This document shows, piece by piece, positions 38,610 to 47,940 of a stretch of DNA of 59,165 bases. Under the pieces are notes generated by a model. It saw only the letters and a list, made by a program, of their open reading frames with translations, was not told where the DNA came from and made no database searches. Both the position numbers and the translations under genes were made by a program. Each line of letters starts with the position of its first letter. Positions within the stretch are counted from its first letter, which is position 1. Where the stretch lies: the NCBI GenBank assembly GCA_017446125.1, contig JAFSRL010000022.1, positions 1 to 59,165 of the forward strand, read 5' to 3'. The DNA comes from Lachnospiraceae bacterium. Lineage in GTDB: Bacteria > Bacillota > Clostridia > Lachnospirales > Lachnospiraceae.

Positions 38610-39338
38610 CTATGCAAACGGTTCAATCAAGATTACCGCGATATTGTCTTTTCCGCCGTGATTGTTGGCGGCCTCAATCAACTTCTGCGCCATCTCAATC
38701 ACGTCCCTGCCCGCATTGATGATCATGCGGATTTCCTCGTCCTCCAGCATGTTGGTCAACCCGTCCGTACACATCAAGACGATGTCGCCCTCCCGTAAGC
38801 TGACCTTGAAAAAATCCACATCCACCGTTTCGGCTCCGCCGATTGCGCGGGTAATGATGTTCTTGTTTTCGTGTGTCCTTGCGGCTTCCGGGTCCAAGCC
38901 CCCCATCCGCACCATTTCCTGTACCAGGGAGTGGTCCTTTGTGATCTGCATGATTCTGTCGCGGATCACGTAGAGCCTGGAGTCACCGACGTTTGCAACC
39001 TCTAAGTGGTCACCCACAAGGGTCGCCGCCACAACGGTCGTTCCCATCCCGTAGAGATTCACGTCCTCCTGCGCCTTCTTCCAGAGCATGTAGTTCGCTT
39101 CCTTGATTGCGTGATTTAAGATTTCCTTTGCATCCGTCGCTTCGGAGGCCTGAATATCATCCACAATCGCCTGTACCGTAAAAGAAGACGCGTAATCCCC
39201 CGCCGCGTGACCGCCCATGCCGTCCGCAACGATGAAGACATTCTCCAGATTGCCTACCCCCGTGTCCGAGGAGTAGACGTAGTCCTGGTTCATTTTGCGC
39301 TTCTTACCCACATCGGTAAGCTGAAAGGACTTTAACAA
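38610..39338 (-). CDS. PP2C-type Ser/Thr phosphatase (Stp1/PrpC)
   Basis: VADGMGGH, GMGTT, NVGDSR, CTDGL, GGKDN. Confidence 0.94.
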   Translation of the reverse strand: MLKSFQLTDVGKKRKMNQDYVYSSDTGVGNLENVFIVADGMGGHAAGDYASSFTVQAIVDDIQASEATDAKEILNHAIKEANYMLWKKAQEDVNLYGMGTTVVAATLVGDHLEVANVGDSRLYVIRDRIMQITKDHSLVQEMVRMGGLDPEAARTHENKNIITRAIGGAETVDVDFFKVSLREGDIVLMCTDGLTNMLEDEEIRMIINAGRDVIEMAQKLIEAANNHGGKDNIAVILIEPFA

Positions 39339-39374
39339 CCGTTTCTCCTTGTCACAAAAAATGAACGGGCAGCC

Positions 39375-40406
39375 TTACGCTTTTCGCCGGCGGAGCTGTC
39401 CGCAGGCGCCGTCGATCTCTCTGCCCATTTCCCTTCTAATAGTAACATGGATTCTGTTTTTTTCAAGTAGCTTCTTGAAATTCAGAACATCCGTTTTGTC
39501 CGTAGGGGAAAGCCCGCACTCCTTCACCGGATTCACCGGAATCAGGTTCACCATGCAGTTTAACTCACCTAAAAGCGCGGCAAGCCTTAACGCATCCTCC
39601 TTGGAATCGTTGTCCCCCTTCACCAGCGCGTACTCAAATGTCAACTGCCGGTGCGTCGCTTCATAATAATCCCTGCACGCCGCCATCAACATATCCAGCG
39701 GGTAGCGCTTTGCAACCGGCATGAGCTGTTCGCGCTGTTCCTGTGTCGGAGCGTGCAGCGAGATGGCTAAGTTGATTTGCAGCTTCTTTTCCGCAAGCGC
39801 TAAGATTTCCGGCACAAGCCCGCAGGTCGAAACCGTGATGTTGCGTGCGGAAAGGTTTAAGCCCCTTTCATCCGTCAACAGCGCAATGAATCGCAGCACG
39901 TTTTCAAGATTCTCCAGGGGCTCCCCCATCCCCATCACGACAACATGCGACACCTTCTCCTTCGTATCCCGCGTAATGGCATACACCTGCTCGAGCATCT
40001 CCGCAGGGGAAAGCTTTCTCGTCAACCCGTCGATCGTCGAAGCGCAGAACTTACACCCCATGCGGCAGCCCACCTCGGAGGACACGCAGACACTCACCCC
40101 GAACCTGTACCGCATGTACACGCTCTCAACCGTTTCACCGTCCGGAAGGCGAAAGAGGTACTTGCGCGTTTTGTCCTTTGCCTCCTGCATCGCAAGCGTT
40201 TTAAGTGTGCAAAGCGGATAATTCTTCGCAAGACGCTCGCACAGTGCGGCACTCAAATTCGTCATCTCCTCATACGAGGCGGCATGCTCTTTGTGCAGCC
40301 ACGAAAAAAGCTGCCCGGCGCGGTAGGGCTTTTCCCCCTCCCGCACAAGCTTTTCCTGCAATTCCTCATACGACATTGAGCGAAGGTCCATGTGTCTTTC
40401 TTCCAT
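39375..40406 (-). CDS. rlmN: Dual-specificity RNA methyltransferase RlmN
   Basis: CRMGCKFC, MGMGEP, SLHA, C-terminal ACGQL. Confidence 0.95.
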   Translation of the reverse strand: MEERHMDLRSMSYEELQEKLVREGEKPYRAGQLFSWLHKEHAASYEEMTNLSAALCERLAKNYPLCTLKTLAMQEAKDKTRKYLFRLPDGETVESVYMRYRFGVSVCVSSEVGCRMGCKFCASTIDGLTRKLSPAEMLEQVYAITRDTKEKVSHVVVMGMGEPLENLENVLRFIALLTDERGLNLSARNITVSTCGLVPEILALAEKKLQINLAISLHAPTQEQREQLMPVAKRYPLDMLMAACRDYYEATHRQLTFEYALVKGDNDSKEDALRLAALLGELNCMVNLIPVNPVKECGLSPTDKTDVLNFKKLLEKNRIHVTIRREMGREIDGACGQLRRRKA

Positions 40407-41791
40407 CAGGTCTTATCCTTGTTCAAGGGCTTGCGGCGCAGGGCCGAAATGAAAAATCCGTCCGTATCATAGTCGCCCGGCAAAAGCTGCAGCATCCCGT
40501 TTTTTAAATCCTCCTCCGCGCTCAGTGCCTTCGGCGCACGCTTGCTTAAATCGACGCGTTCAAAGGGAAGATGCGCGGTGATCCATTCCACCTGTTCTTC
40601 ATTTTCTTTGGGGTTAATGGTGCAGGTGCTGTAAAGCAGGATGCCGCCCTCCTTCACATACCGCCAGACGTTGTCGATGATTTCGCGCTGGAGCCGGGCG
40701 AGTGACGCACGCGCCTCCTTACTCGTGCGGTACTTCACCTCCGGCTTTTTCCCGATGATTCCGAGCGCGGAGCAGGGTACGTCGCACAGGAGCACATCCG
40801 CGGTTTCGTTCAGTGGCGCATCCGCCACGCGTGCGTCATGCACGGCGCAGGAAATGTCATTGATTTGAAGACGAGTAAAGGTTTCCTTCATCTTCGCGAC
40901 CTTCGTTTCCGAAACGTCACGCGCGATGACGCATCCCTTACCGTGCATGAGGTCATACGCGCAGGCCGCCTTTCCGCCCGGGGACGCGCATACATCGATT
41001 ACAGTATCTCCTTCCTTTACGCCGGAAAGAACAACCGCAAGCGTTGACGCGGCATCCTGCACCGTGAAATAGCCTTCCGCAAAGCCGTACAGGGTGGCGG
41101 GGTTGCCGCCGTGCAGGATTAAAAAGCTGTCCTCAAAAAAGCAGTGCTCCTCCGTTTCGAGCGCGGGACGCTGTTCTTTCATCTTTGCAAACAGAATCTC
41201 CTTCGTGACACCGTCCGCTTCCATGCGTGCGTTCCGCAAACGGATGCAAAAGGGTTTTGGCAAAAGTAAGGACATGCACATCCCCATCGCCGCCTCCCTG
41301 CCGTAGTGCGTGATGAAATGCTGCACGACGTCGTCCGGCATCGCGTACATGACGCGCATGTAGCTCTCATCCTCCGGTGCGGGATACGCAATGTGCTCCT
41401 TTTCGCGCACGATCGTGCGCAGGATGCCGTTCACGAATCCCTTTAACTCCCTGAACCCGTGCTTTACGGCAAGCTTCACCGCCTCGTCGCAGGCGGAGGC
41501 ATCCGGCACATCCGTCAAAAACAAAATCTGGTAAACACTCATCCGCAAAAGGTTGCGGATCAAGGGCTTCATGCGCTTCGCAGGGGTACTTGCATAAGAA
41601 TCGATGACATAGTCAAGGCGCGGAAGAAACCGGTAGGTTCCCTGCGCTAAGCGTGTTAAGAAGGAACGGTGAAACTCCGCTTCATCGTCAAGATTGGAAA
41701 GCGCCTTTGCAAGCATCGCGTCAAAGGAGAGGGTCTCTTCCTTTTCCGCACGCATCAAAAGCGCTAAGGCAATTTCGCGCTCCGTCCTCAT
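40406..41791 (-). CDS. rsmB: 16S rRNA m5C967 methyltransferase
   Basis: NusB-like N-terminus (FVNGILR), VQD, DVCASPGGK, DVPCS, YSTCT. Confidence 0.92.
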   Translation of the reverse strand: MRTEREIALALLMRAEKEETLSFDAMLAKALSNLDDEAEFHRSFLTRLAQGTYRFLPRLDYVIDSYASTPAKRMKPLIRNLLRMSVYQILFLTDVPDASACDEAVKLAVKHGFRELKGFVNGILRTIVREKEHIAYPAPEDESYMRVMYAMPDDVVQHFITHYGREAAMGMCMSLLLPKPFCIRLRNARMEADGVTKEILFAKMKEQRPALETEEHCFFEDSFLILHGGNPATLYGFAEGYFTVQDAASTLAVVLSGVKEGDTVIDVCASPGGKAACAYDLMHGKGCVIARDVSETKVAKMKETFTRLQINDISCAVHDARVADAPLNETADVLLCDVPCSALGIIGKKPEVKYRTSKEARASLARLQREIIDNVWRYVKEGGILLYSTCTINPKENEEQVEWITAHLPFERVDLSKRAPKALSAEEDLKNGMLQLLPGDYDTDGFFISALRRKPLNKDKT

Positions 41792-42468
41792 CGTCTCCTG
41801 CGGTTCGCGATGAGGATTAAGCGCAAAAGCTGTAAGATTGCGGCTGCCGCACTCGCGACATACGTCATGGCGGCGGCGCTTAAGACCTTTTTCGAAAGCG
41901 CCACTTCCTGCGGCGCAAGAATGCCCTGTCCGTTCAGCTCGATGAGCGCGCGTCTTGAAGCGTCAAACTCCACGGGCAGCGTCACAAGCTGGAAGAGCAC
42001 AACGCCCACATAGACAAAGACACCGATTTCAACCAAAAAGGGAAGTCCCAGAAAGAGTCCCGCCACAATGATGGGCCAGGCGGCGGCACCCCCGAAGCTT
42101 GCGACCGGTACGATGGCGGTCCGGATGGAAAGCGGCACATAGCCCACATGGTGCTGAATCACATGCCCGCACTCATGCGCCGCGACCCCGAGCGCCGCGA
42201 CAGAGCTTGAGGCGTAAACATCATCCGAAAGGTTGACGGTCTTGGTCCTGGGGTCGTAATGGTCCGTCAGCGACCCCGCGACATGCTGTATCGTCACATC
42301 ATAGATGCCGTTTTGCTGTAAGATTCTTTTTGCGGTCTCCGCACCCGTGACGCCGCTTGCGGAAGCAACACGCGCGTACTTCGCGTAGGTGCTTTTGACA
42401 CGCGCGGACGCAATCATGGAAATGATTGCCGCAATGATCACAAGAATATAGGTCATATCATAATACAT
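41788..42468 (-). CDS. Putative membrane zinc metallopeptidase (YugP-like)
   Basis: LTDHYDP, AAHECGH, TLPVEFDAS, AAMTYVA. Confidence 0.9.
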   Translation of the reverse strand: MYYDMTYILVIIAAIISMIASARVKSTYAKYARVASASGVTGAETAKRILQQNGIYDVTIQHVAGSLTDHYDPRTKTVNLSDDVYASSSVAALGVAAHECGHVIQHHVGYVPLSIRTAIVPVASFGGAAAWPIIVAGLFLGLPFLVEIGVFVYVGVVLFQLVTLPVEFDASRRALIELNGQGILAPQEVALSKKVLSAAAMTYVASAAAAILQLLRLILIANRRRR

Positions 42469-42486
42469 CGCAAGTCCCTCTCTTCG

Positions 42487-43437
42487 TTATCCAAGCACAT
42501 CGCCCGCGCACATAGAGGCACCCAGCAAGAAGTCATGCACCTTCATGCGCTTCTTGCCCGCAAGCTGCACCTCGTCTATGCGCAGCACGCCGTTTCCGCA
42601 CGCAACATAAAAGCTGTCCTTATCGACATGCGCCACCGTTCCGGGTGTTGTTACCGCCTCCGCAAAGGAAGGTATCTCTTCCTTTTCCAGCGCCGCTGCG
42701 TGAAAAATCTTTAAGGTCTTTCCCTTGTAATCCGTAAAGGAGCCTGGCCACGGCGTAAAGGCACGCACCGCGCGCGCAATCGCGCCCGCCTCCTTTGTCC
42801 AGTCAATCTTTCCGGACGCCTTGTCGATCTTGCCCGTCATCGTGGCGTTTTCATGATTTTGTTTGACGCGGGGAAGCTTCCCTTCCTCCAAAAGTAAAAG
42901 CGCTTCCACAATCATCCCTGCACCCAGGACGCTCAACTTCTCAAACAGGCTTCCGCCGGTGTCCTCTGATGTGATGACGACCTCCTTTTGTAAGAGGATG
43001 TCACCCGTATCGCATCCGGCATCCATCGCCATGATTGTGATGCCGGTCTTTTCTGCCCCGTCAAGAATCGCCTGCTGGATGGGGGAAGCCCCGCGCAGCG
43101 CAGGCAGTAACGACGCATGAATGTTGATGCAGCCATGCTTTGGCAAATCTAACACCGCCTGCGGCAAAATCTGTCCGAAGGCGGCAACGACAAAGACATC
43201 CGCGTTTACTTCCGCAAGACGCTTGATTGCTTCCTCCTCGCGCACCTTCACGGGCTGGAACACCTGCAGGTTGTGTGCCAGGGCATATTCCTTCACCGGC
43301 GACATGCTGACCTCGTTTCCGCGCCCCTTCTTTTTGTCCGGCTGCGTCACGACGAGGGCAATCTCATGCCCCGCCTTGTTCAACGCGTCCAGTGCGCCCA
43401 CGGAAAAATCCGGCGTTCCCATAAAAACAATTTTCAT
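42487..43437 (-). CDS. fmt: Methionyl-tRNA formyltransferase
   Basis: FMGTPDF, VTQPD, NIHASLLP..RGASPI, DTGD. Confidence 0.96.
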   Translation of the reverse strand: MKIVFMGTPDFSVGALDALNKAGHEIALVVTQPDKKKGRGNEVSMSPVKEYALAHNLQVFQPVKVREEEAIKRLAEVNADVFVVAAFGQILPQAVLDLPKHGCINIHASLLPALRGASPIQQAILDGAEKTGITIMAMDAGCDTGDILLQKEVVITSEDTGGSLFEKLSVLGAGMIVEALLLLEEGKLPRVKQNHENATMTGKIDKASGKIDWTKEAGAIARAVRAFTPWPGSFTDYKGKTLKIFHAAALEKEEIPSFAEAVTTPGTVAHVDKDSFYVACGNGVLRIDEVQLAGKKRMKVHDFLLGASMCAGDVLG

Positions 43438-43937
43438 TCCGCTTCCTCTTCCGCGTTCTGCTCCACGAGATCCTCGTTGTCGACGAGCTCCCCTTCCATC
43501 TTCTCGACATACATGATGCCGTCCAGATGGTCGAGCTCATGGCAGATGGCACGCGCAAGCAGCTCATCACCCTCGAGTTCAAAGGGCTGCATGTCACGGT
43601 CAAACGCCTTCACCTTCACATGGTTCGGGCGCTTCACGATGCCGCTCTTTCCGGGTAAGGACAAACAGCCCTCATACCCTTCCTGCTCGCCGTCCGTCTC
43701 CAAAAGCTCAGGGTTTACAAAAACAAGCGGTTCATCGCCCTCACTCGAAACGTCAATCACGATGATTTTCTTTAAGACGCCCACCTGCGGCGCGGCAAGT
43801 CCCACGCCGCCCGCCTCGTACATCGTCTCTAACATGTCGTCGACGAGCTCCTTTAAGCGCGGCGTCATCTCCTTGACGTCCTTGCAGGGCTTTTCCAAAA
43901 TATCATCGCCGTATTCTCTGATTTGTCTGATTGCCAA
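43434..43937 (-). CDS. def: Peptide deformylase
   Basis: GVGLAAPQVG, EGCLS, HELDH; upstream extended -10 TGCTATACT. Confidence 0.96.
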   Translation of the reverse strand: MAIRQIREYGDDILEKPCKDVKEMTPRLKELVDDMLETMYEAGGVGLAAPQVGVLKKIIVIDVSSEGDEPLVFVNPELLETDGEQEGYEGCLSLPGKSGIVKRPNHVKVKAFDRDMQPFELEGDELLARAICHELDHLDGIMYVEKMEGELVDNEDLVEQNAEEEAE

Positions 43938-43994
43938 TGCTTTGTCCTTTCTTCAAAAAAATTCCTCAATAAAATAGTATAGCACAATTTCTGT

Positions 43995-46268
43995 TCAATA
44001 ACCTCTGACGGGGTCCAAGTCAAACTGCACCTGGATGCGGCGTTTTGCGGCCTCCCCCGCGGGTGTTTCCAGGTGTGCCTCGAGCACATCCTTCAACCGG
44101 ATTAAGCATTCCGCATCCTTGTGCTTGATGTAAAGCACATAGCGGTAAACGTCATTGATGCGCCCGATGGAGGCTAAGGCAGGACCGATAAACACACAGT
44201 TATCCCCGTCAGAGCGCTCCAATAAAGCGCGGAACTTATTCGCCGCCTCGACACCGTACGCCTCGTTACGCGTCAAAAACTGCACCGCCAGCATGTGTGC
44301 GCCCGGCGGGTAAAGCAGCGCCGTGCGGTAGGCAATCTCTTCCTGATAAAACTGCAAATAATCCTGCGCCGCCGCCGCCTGAATGCTGTAGTGGTCCGGC
44401 CGGTAGGTCTGGATGACGACCTCGCCCTTGCGCGTCCCCCTGCCCGCGCGTCCGGCCGCCTGCGTCAAAAGCTCAAACGTGCGCTCCGCCGCCATATAAT
44501 CCGCGGCGTACAGCGACATGTCCGCGGCGAGGATGCCCATCACGGTCACGTTCGGAAAGTCGTGTCCCTTGACGATCATCTGGGTGCCCACCAGGATATC
44601 CGCTTCCCCTTCCTTGAAGGCGGTCAGGATTTCCTCGTACGAGCCCTTCGTGCGCGTCGTGTCCGCATCCATCCGCAGTACCCGTGCCTTCGGGAAGATT
44701 TTCAAAACCTCCTTCTCCACCTGCTCCGTTCCCGCGCGGAATGCGGAAACATACTTCGACTTACAGGAGGGACATTCCCTGGTCGCCCGTGCTTCGTAGC
44801 CGCAGTAATGACAAAGCAGCCGGTTTCCGGCGTGCGCCGAAAGCGCCACGTCGCAATGCGGACATTCAAACACATACCCGCAGGCACGGCACGAGACAAA
44901 GCCCGCGATGCCCCTGCGGTTCAAAAACAGCATTGCCTGTTCCTTGCGTTCCAGACACTGCGTCAGCTTTTCATACAGTGCACGGGAAAAAATCGAACGG
45001 TTCCCGGCGCGCAGCTCCTCTCTTAAGTCCGCAATCGTAACCTCCGCGAGACTTCCGCCGGTTAAGCGCGTCGTCAACGTGTAGAGCGCATACTCTCCCG
45101 CAAGGGCTCTTGCGTAGGAATCCACGGACGGGGTCGCGCTGCCCAGTACGATGCTTGCGCCGCCCGGCACAATTTTGGAAAGCGCCTTCGCCGCCTCTCT
45201 TGCGTGATACTTGGGCGTGGTTTCACTCTTGTAGGAGCTCTCGTGCTCCTCGTCGATGATGATGAGTCCCAGCTTCGGAAACGGGGTAAAGAGCGCGGAT
45301 CTTGGTCCGATGATGACATCGATTTCCCCCTTGCGCGCACGCTCGAACTGGTCGAAGCGCTCGCCCTTAGACAGGGAGGAATTCATCACGCTCACGCGCT
45401 CGTTGAAGTGCTCATAGAACCGCATCAGGGTCTGGTAGGTCAGCGCGATTTCAGGAATTAATACAATCGCCTGGCAGCCCCGTTGCACGACCTCCTTGAT
45501 GATTTCAATGTAGACCTCTGTCTTGCCGCTGCCGGTGATGCCGTGCAAGAGCGACACACCGCGCTTTCCTTCCGTGAAGTCCTGCATCACCTTATCGACG
45601 ATATGACGCTGCTCAACGCTCAAGGTCACATTCTTTTTCTCCGCGGCCTTGCCGAAGGTCGGATTGCGGTAAACCGTGTCCGTTAAAACACTGATCACAC
45701 CGGCATTGCGCAGGCTGTTTACGGTCTGCGCACTGACGGAGAGCTTTTTTGTCATCAGCTCATACGGAAAGGTTCCTTCCGGATAGCGCAGCATCTCCGT
45801 CAAAAGCCTTGCCTTTGCCTTGAAGTTTTTGCGCTCGCACGCAAGCAAATAGACGCGTGCCTCCTCTTCGTTCATGTTCAGGCGCAGGGTCTTCTTCACC
45901 TGCCCCTTTTCTTTTTTGCTCACAGGCAGCACCGTCTTCAACGCCTGAATCATGGTGGCGCCGTAGGTGTGCTTCATCCATGCGGCAAGCTGCACCATCA
46001 CGGCCTCCGCCGGCAGGTTCTCCTGTTCGATTCCCAGGATTTCCTTCATCTTATCTTCTGCGACCGCATCCTTTGGAAGGTCTTCCCTCGAAGCGTACAA
46101 CGCAACGCAATACCCGAAGCGGATGTTGTTGCCCCTGCCGAAGGGAACCCGCACACATACGCCCGGCCGCAAGATGTTCGAAAGGCGCTCCGGCACCTTG
46201 TATGTGAATGCCCTGTCCACCTTTTCGTGGGAAATATTGATGATGATGCCGGCATACGCTGCGCTCAA
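43995..46268 (-). CDS. priA: Primosomal replication-restart helicase PriA
   Basis: GITGSGKTEVY, PEIALT, DEEHE, SATPS, two CxxC pairs, GTQMIVKGHDF, QAAGRAGR. Confidence 0.96.
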   Translation of the reverse strand: MSAAYAGIIINISHEKVDRAFTYKVPERLSNILRPGVCVRVPFGRGNNIRFGYCVALYASREDLPKDAVAEDKMKEILGIEQENLPAEAVMVQLAAWMKHTYGATMIQALKTVLPVSKKEKGQVKKTLRLNMNEEEARVYLLACERKNFKAKARLLTEMLRYPEGTFPYELMTKKLSVSAQTVNSLRNAGVISVLTDTVYRNPTFGKAAEKKNVTLSVEQRHIVDKVMQDFTEGKRGVSLLHGITGSGKTEVYIEIIKEVVQRGCQAIVLIPEIALTYQTLMRFYEHFNERVSVMNSSLSKGERFDQFERARKGEIDVIIGPRSALFTPFPKLGLIIIDEEHESSYKSETTPKYHAREAAKALSKIVPGGASIVLGSATPSVDSYARALAGEYALYTLTTRLTGGSLAEVTIADLREELRAGNRSIFSRALYEKLTQCLERKEQAMLFLNRRGIAGFVSCRACGYVFECPHCDVALSAHAGNRLLCHYCGYEARATRECPSCKSKYVSAFRAGTEQVEKEVLKIFPKARVLRMDADTTRTKGSYEEILTAFKEGEADILVGTQMIVKGHDFPNVTVMGILAADMSLYAADYMAAERTFELLTQAAGRAGRGTRKGEVVIQTYRPDHYSIQAAAAQDYLQFYQEEIAYRTALLYPPGAHMLAVQFLTRNEAYGVEAANKFRALLERSDGDNCVFIGPALASIGRINDVYRYVLYIKHKDAECLIRLKDVLEAHLETPAGEAAKRRIQVQFDLDPVRGY

Positions 46269-47773
46269 GATTCCTGTAGCTCCTTTGCCAGGTCGCGCAC
46301 GATGACGCGCTCGTCCATGGGGTGGCGCACCCCTTTGATTTCCTGATAGTCCTCATGTCCCTTGCCCGCAAGCACGATGACGTCCCCGTCCTCCGCAATT
46401 TTCATCGCGTACCGGATGGCCTCGATGCGGTCGGGCACGGTCACGTAGGAGCCGTGCGTTTTCTTCACACCCGTTTCGATGTCTTTGATGATATCCATGG
46501 GCTCCTCGTCCCTGGGGTTATCGCTTGTGATGATGGTCAGGTCGGAAAGCTTTCCGCTGATCTCGCCCATCTCGTACCGGCGGTCCTTTGCGCGATTGCC
46601 GCCGCAGCCAAAGAGCGTAATGAGTCTTGCGGGGCGGTACTCCTTTAAGGAAAGCAGTAAGCTCTGTAAGCTCATCGCGTTGTGCGCATAGTCAATGATC
46701 ATCGTAAACGGGAACGGTGTCTTCACCATCTCCACGCGCCCCTTGACGTGCGCCTTTAACAGCGCTTCCTTGATCTGGTCAACGTCACAGTGGAAATGTC
46801 TTGCCACGGCAATCGCGCACAGCGCGTTGTACACGGAGAAGCGTCCGGGCGTCGGGCACTTCAACCAGGCACCGTCGAGCGCATCCTGCGCGTGCTTGTC
46901 GTGTAAAGTAAACGCGATGCCCAGCTCACCCGTCTTCCGCGTCAGGGAAATGTCCGTCGCGGTTAGGTCCGCTTCGGTTTCAATCGCGAAGGTTTCGACT
47001 TCACAGGTGTGATGCTTCAGGATTTCTTCCGCGTGCGCGTCGTCCGCATTGACAATGCCCGTGACACACTGTTGAAACAAAAGGCTCTTGCAGTGAAGGT
47101 AATCGTCAAAGTCCTCATGCTCCCCGGTGCCGATGTGATCCGGCTCTAAGTTCGTAAAGATGCCGATGTCAAAGGTAATCGCATCCGAACGGTGGAACTT
47201 CAACGCCTGCGAGGAGACCTCCATGACAACCGCCTTGCAGCCGGCATTCACCATGTCATTCAGGTAGGACTGCAAGAGCATCGACTCCGGTGTCGTGTTG
47301 TGCGCCTTGATGTGCGCATCCCCCACAATGACCTCGATGGTGCCGATGAGCCCCGTCGGGATGCCGGCATTTTCCAGCATGTTCCGCACCATGTAGGTGG
47401 TCGTGGTCTTGCCCTTGGTGCCGGTGATGCCGATCGTTTTAAGTTTCCTTGCCGGGTAGTCAAAGAATGCCGCGGAAACATGCGCCATGGCGACGCGGGT
47501 ATTTGCGGTTTTGATCAGAATCGTTTTGCTGTTCTTTGGCAGCGGCACATCCTCCATCACAAGGACGGCGCAGGCGCCTTTTTCGTAGGCCTCCTCCACG
47601 AAGGCATGACCGTTGCTGTTCAGGCCCTGAATGGCAAAAAACAGACACCCCGCTTCCAGCTTTCTCGAATCGTTGACAAGCGTCTTCACCTGCACGGACG
47701 AAAGCTCTGTGCCTTCGGGTGCGCTCATCACTTCATATTCAATGGTTTCCAGCAGTGTTTTTAAGTCCTTCAT
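46265..47773 (-). CDS. murE: UDP-MurNAc-tripeptide synthetase (meso-DAP type)
   Basis: GITGTKGKTT, TTPES, MEVSS, DYAHN, SDNPR (DAP-specific motif), AGKGHE. Confidence 0.93.
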   Translation of the reverse strand: MKDLKTLLETIEYEVMSAPEGTELSSVQVKTLVNDSRKLEAGCLFFAIQGLNSNGHAFVEEAYEKGACAVLVMEDVPLPKNSKTILIKTANTRVAMAHVSAAFFDYPARKLKTIGITGTKGKTTTTYMVRNMLENAGIPTGLIGTIEVIVGDAHIKAHNTTPESMLLQSYLNDMVNAGCKAVVMEVSSQALKFHRSDAITFDIGIFTNLEPDHIGTGEHEDFDDYLHCKSLLFQQCVTGIVNADDAHAEEILKHHTCEVETFAIETEADLTATDISLTRKTGELGIAFTLHDKHAQDALDGAWLKCPTPGRFSVYNALCAIAVARHFHCDVDQIKEALLKAHVKGRVEMVKTPFPFTMIIDYAHNAMSLQSLLLSLKEYRPARLITLFGCGGNRAKDRRYEMGEISGKLSDLTIITSDNPRDEEPMDIIKDIETGVKKTHGSYVTVPDRIEAIRYAMKIAEDGDVIVLAGKGHEDYQEIKGVRHPMDERVIVRDLAKELQES

Positions 47774-47841
47774 GCTAAAATTTCCTTTTCCGTTTCACAA
47801 TTTCATCACATTTTGAACACAAAATCACTTTATAATGAGGT

Positions 47842-47940
47842 TCATAGATAGAGAATCAGGCGTCCTGTCTGGTTTTCTGTCTCCCCCTCATAAGAAAGCC
47901 ATAAAGGCGCTGTCTAACCGCAGGTCTTTATGGTTTTCGC
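47842..47940 (+). ncRNA. Candidate small regulatory RNA (two hairpins with a C-rich linker)
   Basis: TATAAT at 47831-47836; 17-bp hairpin 47846-47882 with five G-U pairs; CCCCCUCAUAA linker; 15-bp hairpin 47894-47938 with two G-U pairs. The wobbles pair only on the plus strand. Confidence 0.5.
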
